Assembly (NCBI GenBank): GCA_963829055.1
Contig: CAWHHI010000004.1
Span: 480,001-544,000 of the forward strand
Origin: an uncultured Gemmatimonadaceae bacterium
GTDB lineage: Bacteria > Gemmatimonadota > Gemmatimonadetes > Gemmatimonadales > Gemmatimonadaceae
DNA: 64,000 nt
Direction: 5' to 3'
Below are positions 22,281 to 33,462 of the stretch, piece after piece. The notes under the pieces were generated by a model. That model had not been told where the DNA came from and made no database searches. It saw nothing but the letters and a program-made list of their open reading frames with translations. Every line of letters begins with the position of its first letter. Position 1 is the stretch's first letter. Position numbers and translations under genes: made by a program.

Positions 22281-22542
22281 TCCAACAGCGACGCAGAATA
22301 CGCAGGCGGCCGCTCGGCGGCCGCAACGCAAAAGGACGCAGAAAACGTCAACACCTCTGCGGGCAGGCTCCCTCTCGCCGGGCCGTGAAGAAACGGGGGA
22401 ACGTCCTCGGGCGGACCGGTGCGTCCCGAGGCGGTTCCCCTTCTCCAAGGCTTGGCGCACCGCCGGCGTCCCGAGCGGCCGTTTTCTGCGGCCTTCTGCG
22501 TTGCGCGCGAAGCGCGCCTGCGTATTCTGCGTCGCTGTTGGA
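22281..22542. mobile_element. MITE-like long inverted-repeat element
   Basis: Perfect 28-bp IR TCCAACAGCGACGCAGAATACGCAGGCG (22281-22308 / 22515-22542), plus an inner 26-bp IR with 2 mismatches (22322-22347 / 22480-22505). Non-coding. Confidence 0.6.
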
Positions 22543-22589
22543 CCGCGAGATCCAGCTGTATTGCACGAAGCGCGATGGAGAGATCCTGA

Positions 22590-23282
22590 TCAGCTGAAGA
22601 ACTCCACGAGCGACGCGGCAATGCGGTCGATCGACGCTTTCTCGAACGCGTGCGGCGTTCGCGGGTGCACCTCGAGCTCGCCATTCGCGAGCTGGCGAAC
22701 CGCTGCGATGCACTCGTCGAGCGTCACCGTCGCATCGCGGTCGCCGACACCGATACGCACCGGCTGCGTGACCGAAGCGAGAAGCTCGGGAGTGATGAGT
22801 GGACGCGTCCCGAGCTCGCGCAATAGCTCCACCGTGTGCGCGAGCAGCGTTTCCCAGCCAGCCGCCGTGTGACGCGCCTCCAGCGCGGCCGCGAACTTCG
22901 GGACCTTCGCGCGGATCGTCGCCGCATCGAGCATTGCCGTTTCCCGCGCGGCGACCTCGGGCGTCCACGCGAGCTTCGTCGCGAGCGTCGCTACACGCGC
23001 GATACGATCGGGCGCGGTCGCGGCCAGGAAGAGCGCGACGTAGCCGCCCATGCTGTAGCCGAAGAAGTCCGCGCGGGAGATGCCGCGCCGGTCCATCTCG
23101 TCCACGACTGTCGCAGCGAACGATTCGATCCGGAGCGGGCGACCGCGCAGTGGCGTCGTCCCATGTCCCTCGAGCTCGAGCACCGTGACGCGTCGCGCTC
23201 CGCTCAGTCGGGCGGCGAGCGGGGCGAGCTGCGTGGCGTCACCGAGCGCGCCATGCAACAGGATCAGGTCCGTGTCTGCCAT
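22590..23282 (-). CDS. Alpha/beta fold hydrolase
   Basis: Intact ORF with LLHGALG, GHG, GYSMGG, GDRD and the catalytic H in TPH. Confidence 0.85.
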   Translation of the reverse strand: MADTDLILLHGALGDATQLAPLAARLSGARRVTVLELEGHGTTPLRGRPLRIESFAATVVDEMDRRGISRADFFGYSMGGYVALFLAATAPDRIARVATLATKLAWTPEVAARETAMLDAATIRAKVPKFAAALEARHTAAGWETLLAHTVELLRELGTRPLITPELLASVTQPVRIGVGDRDATVTLDECIAAVRQLANGELEVHPRTPHAFEKASIDRIAASLVEFFS

Positions 23283-23412
23283 GACGGCGTGTCGAATGTG
23301 GAGTGCGGGTGCCTAACGACGATCGGCCGACGGCTGCGGCCGTGCCGGTTCGTGGCAGCGTGTCTGTTCGCCTGCTGGTGTGCGCGCCGGCGTCCGTGGC
23401 GCGCAACGTCGG

Positions 23413-24021
23413 TCAGCGGCCGACGGACCCGCGCCGGCTCGCCGACGCGGACTGGCGCGGCATCGCCGTGTTCTTGTAGCGCGACGGTAGCACCGCGATG
23501 TGGAAATGCGGTGGGCGCCGCTCCTCGGTCGCCTCGATGACGCCACGATTCTCCGCCGTGAGCAGCGTGCGACGGAGCCACGTCAGGCAGCGCCCCGATG
23601 GCTTGCGCAGATCGATCGCGATCCCAGCCGGATGCACCGTCAACGACGAGCTGTTCACAAGCTTCCGCGACATGGGCCGCGTCGCGCTCGTGACGACCAT
23701 CGGCTCGCGGCACGCGCGCTTGTAGTCAGCCGCGAGCTGGATCACGAACGACCGCGTTTCCGGCCGAACGTATGGCGTCCGCACGTTTGCCACGGTGTAG
23801 TTCGCGTTGCCGTTGAGCCGTACCAGCTCTCCGCGGACGACCGCCCGCTTGAGCTGCGTATTCGTCTCGTAGAAGTCGAGCCCACCGCGGACCGCGCGTC
23901 GATACATGAGACTCACGCTGGCGTGAGACCCACGGAGCGATTGGGCGGATAGCGGCGCGACCGCGGTGACGAGCGACGCGGAAGCGAGCGCGATGATGGC
24001 GAGGCGAGACGAAGACTTCAC
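23413..24021 (-). CDS. DUF5715-like secreted Zn peptidase (M15/LAS-type)
   Basis: Signal peptide, VTSATR, HPAGIAIDL (HxxxxxxD), PHFHI. The true stop may be at 23313 after a frameshift. Confidence 0.65.
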   Translation of the reverse strand: MKSSSRLAIIALASASLVTAVAPLSAQSLRGSHASVSLMYRRAVRGGLDFYETNTQLKRAVVRGELVRLNGNANYTVANVRTPYVRPETRSFVIQLAADYKRACREPMVVTSATRPMSRKLVNSSSLTVHPAGIAIDLRKPSGRCLTWLRRTLLTAENRGVIEATEERRPPHFHIAVLPSRYKNTAMPRQSASASRRGSVGR

Positions 24022-24156
24022 GGCAGAGACGACGGTGAAACGTGGAGAACGTGAAGAAACGCAGCAAGGGGAATGAACCGGGGCCGCGCGAGCGATGCTT
24101 GCGGCCCCTGTGAAAGGACGACGAAGCGCGCCTTGGCGTCAGCGCGCCAGGAGCGA

Positions 24157-24622
24157 TCAGCGGTGAGCGTAGACTTTCGTCTTGCCCGCCTTGTCGAACG
24201 CAGACGACGTCGTATTTCTCGGCCGTGCCGCCCTCCATTCCTGGTGACCCCTGCACCATTCCGGGCACCGCGAGCCCGATGACGTCCTTGGGCGCCTGGG
24301 TGACGAGCTTGTCGACGAGGTCCGCCGGCACGTGGCCCTCGATGATGTAGCCGCCCGTCACGATGGCCGTGTGACATGACGCGAGCGCATCGGGTACGGC
24401 GTACTTCTTCTTGATCGGCGCGACGTCGTCGAGGTCGTGAACCGTGACGGTGTAGCCGCTCTTCTGCATGTGGTCCACCCACTTTTTGCAGCACCCGCAC
24501 GAAGGGCGTCTTGTAGACGGTGGCTTTTTCGCTGGCACGAGCGCGAACAGCCGCGTCGCGCTCGTCGTGCCGAGTGCGAGTCCACCAGCGGTGATACGAA
24601 GCCAATCGCGGCGGGAGATCAT
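24157..24622 (-). CDS. DUF411 (CopG-like) metal-binding protein, Tat signal
   Basis: SRRDWL, CGCCKKWVDHM, SCHTA, IEGHVPA, GLAVPGM..GSPGME. Confidence 0.85.
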
Positions 24623-24725
24623 CGGTCCTCCGAAGATGTATTAGAATGCCTGAACCGGCAACGCGTACGCGTCGGCCGGGTTGCGGTTCAGGGACATGCA
24701 CAATAAACGGGGTGGCCCCGCGGAG

Positions 24726-25423
24726 CTACCCGGCTGGTACCGATCTCGTTGCCGTCAAAGGTCCGCGACGAGCTGCGGCGAGTGACTCGCGTCGGTCGAG
24801 CTCGGCCGAGGTGACGATTCTGGAGAAAGTACACATGGCCGGCGAACAGTGAACCGACGGCGATCGCGCGCCACTCCGAATTCCGGGATGTACTGCGACG
24901 CGCACTGACGAAACCGGACGCACCGCCTCGCTCCGTTCCCGTGGCAGAGGACCGGCTCGAACAGGAACTCGTCACCGCCCCGTCGAAACAGAATCCACGC
25001 GTGCCGACTGTTCTCGGACTGCCGGCGGCACTCGGCGCCCGATCACGAGATCGGCGTCGATTCCGATCTCGATCAGCTTGCGCCACGCCCATAGCGCGAA
25101 GTCCTCGCAGTCGCCGCGCCGCAACTGCTCGAACGTGTGTGGGTGCTGCCAGTAGTCCGACTCGCGGAAGAGGCTCGCGTCGCTCTCGTAGCTGACAGTC
25201 TGCCAGCCATGCGAGGATGTCGTCGAACGTCGACACCGCGCACTCGGTCTGGCCCTCGAAGACCCAATCGAAGCCGTGCCGTGCGCCGTCACCGAACGCC
25301 GCCAGCGGCGCCTCGTATGGGAGGCGCATCCACGGATCACGCACAGGGAAGAGACGCAGCCGCAGCTGGTGCAGCAACGCGGCGGAACGGCGCGAACAGC
25401 GCGGCCGCGCCCCGCAGACTCAC
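24726..25423 (-). CDS. Transglutaminase-like cysteine peptidase (BTLCP)
   Basis: YESD..DYWQHP..GDCEDFALWAW..HAW. GTGA overlap with the upstream gene; both ends approximate. Confidence 0.65.
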
Positions 25424-25683
25424 CTCGCGCCGGCGCCAGCCGCGATGGACTCGGACCGGCGCAACTGTTCGCGGAGATCCCACACGGTGGAGTCGCGCGA
25501 GTCCTTCGGCGCGAACGTGTACCGCTTCTGTTCGCCGCTGTCGCTGACGAACAAGCGGTAGTGAACGGTGGTCCCGGTCGCGGCGGTCTCGGTGAGGTCC
25601 TTGTGCTTCCATCGCTCGCCGGACTCGGTGTGGAACGCAACCCACCCCTCGGCCAGCGGCTCGAGCTTGTCTCGCTTGTTCAT
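25420..25683 (-). CDS. Hypothetical protein, 87 aa
   Basis: GGAGG RBS, natural amino-acid composition (MNKRDKLEPLAEGWVAF..), coupled to the next gene. Confidence 0.6.
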   Translation of the reverse strand: MNKRDKLEPLAEGWVAFHTESGERWKHKDLTETAATGTTVHYRLFVSDSGEQKRYTFAPKDSRDSTVWDLREQLRRSESIAAGAGAR

Positions 25684-25805
25684 GTCGGTGCCTCCAAGCG
25701 TGACGGACGTGACAGCAGCGTCGCCGTCGTCTGAGGATAACGACGGCTCCGGCGCGTGTCGAGCGCGGCGGCTCGGGCTCGGGACCTACGGCTGCGCGGG
25801 TCGCC

Positions 25806-26693
25806 TCACAGTGCGAGCGCACTCGGTACGGGCGGATCTACCGAGTGGTCGTAGAAGCCGCGCCCAGCTTTGCGGCCCAGATGCCCCGCGCGCACGAGCC
25901 GACGGAGCAGCGGCGGCGGGGCGAACCGTTGTTCGCGGTATTCGTCGAACATCACCTCGGCGACGCGCTCCACCGTATCCAGGCCGACGAAGTCGAGCAG
26001 CGTGAACGGGCCCATCGGGTGGCCCGCGCCCAGTTGCATACCAGCGTCGATGTCCGTGATCGTCCCGACGCCGTTCTCGAGCGCCCGGATGGCGTCGAGC
26101 ATGTAGGGTATGAGCAGTCGGTTGACGACGAAGCCGGAACTGTCGCGCGCAACGACCGGCTGTTTCCCTAGTTGGCCGCACGAGCGTCATTGCGCGATCG
26201 AACGTCGCGTCGCTCGTCGTGATGTGTGCGAACGACTTCGACGAGCCGCATGAGCGGCACGGGATTGAAGAAGTGCAGCCCGACGAGACGATCCGGCCGG
26301 CCGCTCGCGGTCGCCATCGCCGCGATCGTCAGGCTGGACGTGTTCGACGCGAAGATCGTGTCGGCGGCGCAGTGTGCGTGCAGCTCGCGCCACAGCGCAT
26401 TCTTGACGTCGAGGTCTTCGACGACCGCCTCGATGACGACGTCGCAGGCGGCCAGGTCATCGAGGCGGGTCGTCGTCGTTAGGCGCGACAGGGCGGCGTC
26501 GCGAGCGTCTGCGGTGAGCTTGCCCTTCTCGATGCTCTTGTCCAGCGACCGTGTGATGTTCGCACGGCGCGCGTGCAGCAATGGCTCGGTCAGCTCACGA
26601 AGCGTGGTCGTCGAGGCCGGCCTGCGCTGCCACCTGCGCGATGCCGCTCCCCATGAGCCCCCCGCCGACCACGCCGACCCTGGCGATCGACAT
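25806..26693 (-). CDS. hbd: 3-hydroxybutyryl-CoA dehydrogenase
   Basis: GVVGGGLMGSGIAQV, VIEAVVE, ASNTSSL, GLHFFNPVPLM, GFVVNRLL, GHPMGPF.LLDFVGLD, LGRKAGRGFY. Confidence 0.88.
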
Positions 26694-26725
26694 GCGCTCG
26701 GCGTTCGGACCGATCGCCGGTGTCG

Positions 26726-27567
26726 TCACCGATTGATGACCGACGACAGCACGTCGAACAGCGACTTGTTGCGAGGAGGCTCGCCGTGCTCCAGGCGATC
26801 GAGCGCCTGTTCGAGCGCGAGCTGCGCACGCTCCACGTTCGAGCGATACGACTTCGCGACGGCGGCGAATCCCGCGCCACCTATCGCGGCCCAGACGCCG
26901 CCGATCACCAGGGCGATCGGCATCGACGATCCAGGCATCATCGCCGCCACGGTGACGAGCCCGCCGCCGCCGACCAGGCCTGCACTCGCGATCGCGCCGC
27001 CGCCGATCACACTGCGGTGTCGCGTCTCGCCGAACGATGCGTCGAGGCGGACGAGCACGCGCGCGTCGTCGACGGGGACCACCGTCGCGCCAACCTCATC
27101 CGCGCGCGCGAGCGCGTAGCTTCGGCCTCCGACGCCGAATCCGCGCTTGATGCTGCCGACGAATGTCGCGACTCGCCTCCCAGGTGACACGCTCGGTGAA
27201 CCGACGGCGGACGCGAAGCGACTCATCGCTCTGCATGTAGCGGTCGATACGAGCGAGCACGTCAGCCTGCGAACCGGTGATCACGCGCTGCGCCCACGCC
27301 GACGTCGGGCCGAATACGCCGGATGACACGCCCTGCGGGCTCGGTCACGGCGACACGCGTCGCTTCCTCGGCGATGGCCTGCCTAACGTGTTCCGGCGAG
27401 AGCCCGACTTCCTTGCCCAGCTCGACGAGCTGGTCCTCGGTCATCGATTCTGTGGCGTCGCCGACTCCCGCCTGCAACTCGCTGGCGCGCGCGAGCACAC
27501 GCTCGAGCGCGGCGCGGTCGAGCGAGCGGCCCGGAGGAGGAGTTGGTTTGTCAGGCAAGTCAGTCAT
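26726..27567 (-). CDS. Hypothetical membrane protein
   Basis: LERVLARASELQ..LGKEVGLSPEHVRQA N-terminal domain, two TM helices near the C-terminus; frameshifted. Confidence 0.6.
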
Positions 27568-27591
27568 AGAGCCATCGTCTCAAACGGCGAT

Positions 27592-27699
27592 TGTCATCCC
27601 GAGGAGCGCCAGCGACGAGGGATCTTCCGTGAGATCATCGTACCCGGACTAGCCACGCGAATTGTACAGAAGATCCCTCGCTGTCGCTCGGGATGACAA
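27592..27699. repeat. Family A palindromic element, complete copy
   Basis: TGTCATCCCGAGGAGCG..CGAGGGATCTT ... AAGATCCCTCGCTGTCGCTCGGGATGACAA. Confidence 0.8.
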
Positions 27700-27718
27700 C
27701 ACGACGAGTCCCTGCATT

Positions 27719-28845
27719 TCAGATTCCACCCATCACGACCTCGATCTGACGCTGGATGCCATCACGTATCGCATCCGGCAGGGGGAATGCCGCGGCGAGC
27801 GCCGCCATCGCGTCGCCGCTCGTGAACGGCACGCGCGCCGATCGCAGGTAGTAGCGCGCGTAGCCATCAGCGAGCTCCGGTGCCGCGCGCTGGAGCATGA
27901 GTCGCGCCACCGCGAACCAGCGCGTTGCTCGCGTAGCGGTCTACCGTGCCGTTTCGCTTGTCCGCGGGACTCGTGTTGTCGTCGATCGCGATCGTCGTCA
28001 CCGAGCTCACGATCTCGTGCACGAACGTGTACAGCGCCTCGCGCGCGTTCGCGGGCGTGTCAGGAAAGTTCACCGTCACGAGACGCGTGCGCTGCCCCAC
28101 GTCGAGCGTCCGCCCTTCGCCGTCGAGCGGTAGCGAGAGCAGGATCGAGCCGCGGTCCGCTCCGGAATTGTTCAGGAACCGCGCGAAGCGCTGGCGGTAC
28201 GTCGTGCGCCACAGCGAGTCGACCACAGCTCGCGCGGCCGAGCGGCGGAGTCTGCTCCTGCGCGCCAGTAGCTCGAGAAGAACTTGACGCGCTCGTCCTC
28301 CACCGCCTGAACGAACAGCCGCAACCACTCGCGATCGGCCGGCGTCGGAAAGTAGCCCGAGAACAGTTGAATGATCTGCTGCGAGTGCAGGTCGCCGGCG
28401 TTGCGGTCGTCGCCGTTGTTCCGCAGGAACAGCTCCGCGCTCTGCCGCGTCTCTTCCCAGGTCCCGAAGTACAGCGGGACGAACTGCGCCGACACGAGAT
28501 TCGGGAACGCGACGAAGCGCGCCGACGAGCTTTCGCGGTTCGACGTCGATCATCGACAGGACGTTCGCGCGCTTACGCGCCGCGACCACGGAATCGCGAT
28601 ACCCGCGGCGGAAGAACGGGACGCGCGTCGAATCGCCCTGGAGCATCGCGAACGCGTGCAGCCAGAGGTCGACGTGCTCGCGCGTGTCGACGATCCATGG
28701 CCCGGCGGCCGGCTGCTGCGCCGGAGCCGGCGCTGGCGGCGGCGCCGGTGTTGCGCCGCCGCCAACAGTGCATGCAGCCCGCGACGGCGACCAGCGCCGC
28801 GGCCAGGCACACAGTGACGCCGGCGATGCGAAGTCGCGGGCGCAC
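27719..28845 (-). CDS. Hypothetical lipoprotein
   Basis: Lipobox-like VAGC, HVDLWLHAFA, ILLSLPLDGEGRT, YTFVHE; multi-frame. Confidence 0.55.
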
Positions 28846-28852
28846 GCTTACC

Positions 28853-29637
28853 TCAACCCGCTGCCCGGCCGCATGTCGTGCAGAACTTCCAGCCGACATC
28901 GAGCTCGGTGCCACACGCCGGGCAGTTCAGGCACCGTGAGGTTCTGACCGCAGTGCGGGCAGATAGGTGATGTTCCGTCCCTCGGGCAGCTCGCCACCGC
29001 AGTAGCGGCAGTCGCCCGACGCGACGATCGAACGCTGTCCGGTGGCGGACGAGCGTCGGTTGCGGGGCGGTGATCGGCGGCGGCGCAGCCGAGCGAGGGG
29101 CAGCGACGCCGGCGCCAGCCATCGCGCGCTCCGGAACGCCTAACGTTGGTCGATCCGCCATCGTAGCCTGCGGCGACCCGACCTGCGGTGCTCGGCCGCC
29201 TGCGGTGCGCCCGTCTGCGGTGGAGCAGCAGCGGCGGGAGCGGGTGCCGAGCTCGGAATCGCGGCGGTGCCTCCGCTGCCGGGACGCCGCAATACGGGCG
29301 AATCGACCGGTCGCGCACCCTCAGGAGCGAGCGACACCATCGTCGTCGCGTACGCCCGGAACTTCGTGAGGTCGGGGTTCGGCGCTTCGATCTCCGAGCG
29401 GAGGTCAGCCTGCATCTGAGGGTCGCCGATCAGATAGCCGCGCTCACCGGACAGGAGACGCAGCAGCGCGTGCTCGTAGTCCTGGTTCGTGTCGAGCTCC
29501 AGCTCGCGCCGGTTATGCCGGTACGGGATGAGCGTCGTGTAGAGCTCGGCAATCTCGAACGGGCGGCCCATCAGATCGGGAAAGCCCGTGCGAATGTTCT
29601 GCACGAGCCGTCGGTACATGCGGTCGAGTTCGTCCAT
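28853..29637 (-). CDS. Double zinc-ribbon domain protein
   Basis: Globular N-terminal domain (MDELDRMYRRLV..LIPYRHNRREL), Pro/Ala linker, then CRYC, CPHCG, CPACG, FCTTCG. Confidence 0.75.
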
Positions 29638-29814
29638 GCGAGGAAAAGAGGGGATCGTGTTGGCGAAAGGCAAGATCGCCGGAGCCGACGCGACGCACCG
29701 ACCTCACTCGTACAAACGAAGACGGGACGCCGTTCCATCTTCTGGAAGCGGCGTCCCGTGTCGAGCGCAGTCGAGCCGGCGGGCCAGGAGCCGGCGCTGC
29801 GTACTCCGCGAGCG

Positions 29815-29999
29815 TCAGCGACGCTCGGCGGACTCCATCTGCTTGTCGATGTCCGTCGCGGTACTTGCCGCGATTGCTGCCACCGCACGCGATCCACGAC
29901 GCGCTCGACGACATTCTCGTCGTTCTTCTTCGCGTCGTCGAAGCCGTAGAAGTAGCCGATGGAAATTCCGACTACGAGCACGAAAATGAACTTCAACAT
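29815..29999 (-). CDS. Small membrane-anchored hypothetical protein
   Basis: MLKFIFVLVVGISIGYFYGFDDAK..; about 60 aa after repairing indels. Confidence 0.55.
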
Positions 30000-30028
30000 G
30001 GTTGGCGGGATCCCGAGAGGGTCTAGCT

Positions 30029-30689
30029 CTAGAGACGCCCTGTCGAGACCGCCGGTAACGGCGCCGCCGGCTTGAACGACTCGATGCTGCGGAAACGCCA
30101 TCCACCGACATGCGCATTGCGCCACGCTCGCGTTGTGATGCGAGCCACTGATCGAACTGCGAGGGAACGAGTCCGTCGGAGTGACGTCTGCTTCGCCGCG
30201 GCCGACGTCGCGAGGTGGTTCGCGTACTCGTTCTGCGGGTGCCCGTGGTGTCCGCGCACCCACCGCCACTGCACCGCGTGTCCGTTCACGGCATCGACCG
30301 CCGCGTGCCACAGCTCGAGGTTCTCGATCGGGCCGCTCTTCCGCGTCCACCCGCGTTTCGCCCAGTCGCGTACCCACGACTGTCATGCCGTCCACGAGAT
30401 AGCGCGAATCGCTCGTGAACACGACGCTGAACCGCTTGCCCTTTCGAGACAGCATACGAAACGTCTCGATCACCGAGCGCAGCGCCATGCGGTTGTTCGT
30501 CGTCGCGGGCTCCGACACCCACACGTCTCGGCGCACGATCTCCGTGGACTCCGGCCGCATGTACTCGACGAGCGCGCCGGCGCCTCCTGGGTTGTCTCCT
30601 TCGCGACCGTTGCCGAGGCAGGACTCGTCGGCGTAAACGGCGACGAGCGAGCGAGCAGCGGTCTCACCCGATGCTGATGCGCCGCTCAC
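30029..30689 (-). CDS. rnhA: Ribonuclease HI (atypical active site)
   Basis: VYADESCLGN..NPGGAG, TTNNRMAL, TSDSRYL, W..RGW, IENLELW, WRWVRGHHGHPQNEYANHLA. Confidence 0.85.
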
Positions 30690-30902
30690 TTCACGACCTC
30701 GATCGATTGCAGCTCATCGATGAAGAACAGCATGACGTTCCCGCCGGGATGCCGCGCCTGGATCGCCTCGCGGCCTCGCTCGACCAGGAGACGCGTCGGG
30801 CACGATGACGTACTCCGTGCCGCGTCGCATCACCGCGATGCGGCGCTTGTCGATGATCGCGCGCTCGAGCTGATCGTACTGGTCATGTGTCAACTGCGCC
30901 AT
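30686..30902 (-). CDS. Small hypothetical protein (~71 aa), WYL/Sm-like pattern
   Basis: Repairing one indel gives MAQLTHDQYDQLERAIIDKRRIAVMRRGTEYVIVPTRLLVERGREAIQARHPGGNVMLFFIDELQSIEVVK. GTGA overlap with rnhA. Confidence 0.6.
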
Positions 30903-31882
30903 CGCCGCGTGATCTCCATCTCGAATCCGGTTTGCAGGTGAGGCCGCGCTCGTCGATCTCGACGGGGACGGTGTTGGGCGCGAGCTCCGTTACCGCAGCG
31001 GTCACGCGCGTCGACGTTGTCTTCGCCCGCGATGACAAGCACGCATCCGCCGCCCGACGCGCCGAGCGCCTTGCCGCCGCGTGCGCCGGCCGCGCGCGCT
31101 CTCTCGAGGATCGCAGTCGATGAGCGGCGTGGGAATCGACGGATGCAGTGAGCGCTGATATTGCCAGTGCTCCCCGACGAGCGCGCCGAGGTCGTCGAGA
31201 TCACCTTCGCGCATATCTCGTCGGCCATCGCGCTGGCGAGCGCTTTCATTCGGCCGAGCGCATGCAGCACATGCGCGATCGCGCGCACGATATGCGCCGA
31301 CCACGGCGGTGATCGTGTCGCCCGAGATACGCGACTGTCCGGTGTACACGACAATGCATCGTCGCTCGAGCGATGACTTGACTGCTGGCGAGAGCGACAG
31401 TCGCCGCACGCGCGTGTCGTCGCCGAACGTGAGCGCCAGCGCCCCGCCGTACGCGGCCGCGTAGTGGTCCTGTCTCCCACCGGGGACCGGAGATCCTCGA
31501 CTTCGATCGCGCGGCTCTGTTCCGCGAGCGCGGCACGATCGAGCGGCACACCCCGCCACGCGGCGAGAGCCCCATTCACGGCGACACCGGCGGCCGACGA
31601 CCCGCCCAGCCCTGCGCCGAGCGGAAAGTCGCTCGTGACAGCGACGGTGATCCCCTCGATGCCAGCGCGCCGCACGGCGGCCTCGGCGAGTGCGGTGTCG
31701 GTGGCGCGTCGTGTGTCGATGGACGCCTCGTTGTTCTCAGCCGCGCACACGCGAACGGTCGCGTAGCGGGCGATCGCGATGTTGCAGACGAACCCGCCTT
31801 CCTCCTCGCTGTACGGCGGGACGTCGGTCCAGCCGCCGCCGAAGTCGAGTCGAGTGGGTGCGCGCGCGATGAGGGCGTTCAT
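30890..31882 (-). CDS. GHMP-family sugar kinase (heptose-7-phosphate kinase HddA-like)
   Basis: ARAPTRLDFGGGWTDVPPY, PLGAGLGGSSA, GGRQDHYAAAYGG, GGKALGASGGGC. Confidence 0.8.
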   Translation of the reverse strand: MNALIARAPTRLDFGGGWTDVPPYSEEEGGFVCNIAIARYATVRVCAAENNEASIDTRRATDTALAEAAVRRAGIEGITVAVTSDFPLGAGLGGSSAAGVAVNGALAAWRGVPLDRAALAEQSRAIEVEDLRSPVGDRTTTRPRTAGRWRSRSATTRACGDCRSRQQSSHRSSDDALSCTPDSRVSRATRSPPWSAHIVRAIAHVLHALGRMKALASAMADEICAKVISTTSARSSGSTGNISAHCIRRFPRRSSTAILERARAAGARGGKALGASGGGCVLVIAGEDNVDARDRCGNGARAQHRPRRDRRARPHLQTGFEMEITRRWRS

Positions 31883-31957
31883 GACGAGGCGATCTGCGCT
31901 GAGTTCGACTGGCGGGTGAGGGCAGAAACCTAACCGTCCGTCGGAATGAAGCGAGGA

Positions 31958-32160
31958 GTCATTCCGAGCCGGTGTCATTCCGAGCGGAGCCGCGAAGCCA
32001 TGTCATTCCGAGCGGAGCGCGAAGCGCGAAGTCGAGGAATCGCGATCGTGTCGATAGAGGGCCCTCTACCCGGAGAGTCTCGATTCCTCGACTCACTTCG
32101 TTCGCTCGGAATGACAACCCTCCTCGACTGCGCGCCGTCGGCGCTCCGCTCGGAATGACC
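31958..32160. repeat. Family A variant cluster (GTCATTCCGAGC arms, 3 forward + 2 reverse)
   Basis: TGTCATTCCGAGCGGAGC..GTCGAGGAATCG ... CGATTCCTCGAC..GCTCGGAATGACA; BIME-like mosaic. Confidence 0.75.
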
Positions 32161-32161
32161 T

Positions 32162-33455
32162 CTAATCGTCGGCCGGCGACCGGCCGCGACGCGTGTAGCG
32201 GTCGAAGTACTCGGCGGTGGATTCCAGATCGGCGGCGGTCACGAACTCGGTGCCTAACGCCGAGCAGCCGTCGAGCGCCAGGTCGCACAGGAGCGGCGCC
32301 TTGTGGGCCAGCACCGGATCCGACATTCCGTCGCGACCGCCGCGCGTGAGCAGATGCGGGATCGGGAGCGCCGAGGAGATCCGCCGCCGCGTCGAGCGAC
32401 GGGCGATGGTACACGAGCCCCGCCACGAGCACGAGCGGCACCGCGTACCACTCCGGCGCCATCACGTCCGCGGACCGCACCTCGAAGTACCCGCGCGGCC
32501 GCACCTCGGGAAACAGCGTCGAGAGATGCGTGCACCAGTCGCTCAGCCGTCGCCGCTCCGCGATCGAGCCAGTAGCCGAACGGCGCCGCGGCTCCGTCGA
32601 CGTCCGGCAGCAGAAACGCCGGCGCGCCGAGCGCGAAATCGAGATACTCGGAAACCGGATCGCTCCCGCTGGTGCCGAGCATCCCTGTCCGGCGCGGGTC
32701 GAGCGTCGCCCAGATGTGGCGACGATAACTCTTATGCCCCGTGTCCTGATCGGCGTACCGCGGAGAGCTCGCGAACATCGCCACCATGAACGGCGCGAGC
32801 GCGTTGAGCACGCGTCCACGTGAGCTCGGGCGCGTCGCCACCGTCGACACACACCTGGAACGACGCGGTCTGCCGCATCATCCGAGCACCGGACGGCCCG
32901 ATCCGATCGAAGTGCCGGAGCATGCGGCGGTACCGGTCCGCGTCCAGCTGTGGCGCGACATCTTCGACCCTCGTCCGCGGATCGACCCCACACGACAGCA
33001 GCTCCACCCCACTCGACGCGGCCGCCGCCTGTATCGCGCGAACCGTCGTGCGAAGCCCGACTCACCAGCGCGCTCAGCGATACGTTAGGCGCCGAGCTGA
33101 TCTCGATCTGACCGCCGGGCTCGAACGTGATGCGCCCGCCGTCCGGCAACTCGACTTCCGGTACGTTTGCCTTCGCCGACCGACGTTCTCGCCAACCCGC
33201 CGCGGCGCCTGCGCGGCGCAGAATCGCCAGCGTCGACGTACCGGGCGCATCGAGCGGCAACGGGCGTCCGGTCGCCGATTCGATCGGTATGATCTCCACC
33301 TCCGCGCCAATGCGCGGTCGCGAGTCGGCTGACGCGGCCGCGGGAAAGACGCGCCGACGGAGATCGTCAGCGAGCGCTTCACGGTCGAGCACGACGGGCG
33401 CCGCCGACCGCGCTTCGCCGCGCGATGCCCGTTCGTACCGCGGTGCCGCCGTCAC
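32162..33455 (-). CDS. egtA: Glutamate--cysteine ligase (GCS2/EgtA type)
   Basis: IGAEVE, ITFEPGGQIEISS, MMRQTASFQVCVD, HLSTLFPEVRPRGYFEVRSAD; lies directly after egtD. Confidence 0.8.
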
Positions 33456-33462
33456 GATACCC

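Noticed and set aside
31958..32160. Possible CRISPR array
   Set aside because: The repeats occur in both orientations with irregular spacing, match the dispersed family A, and no cas genes are present.
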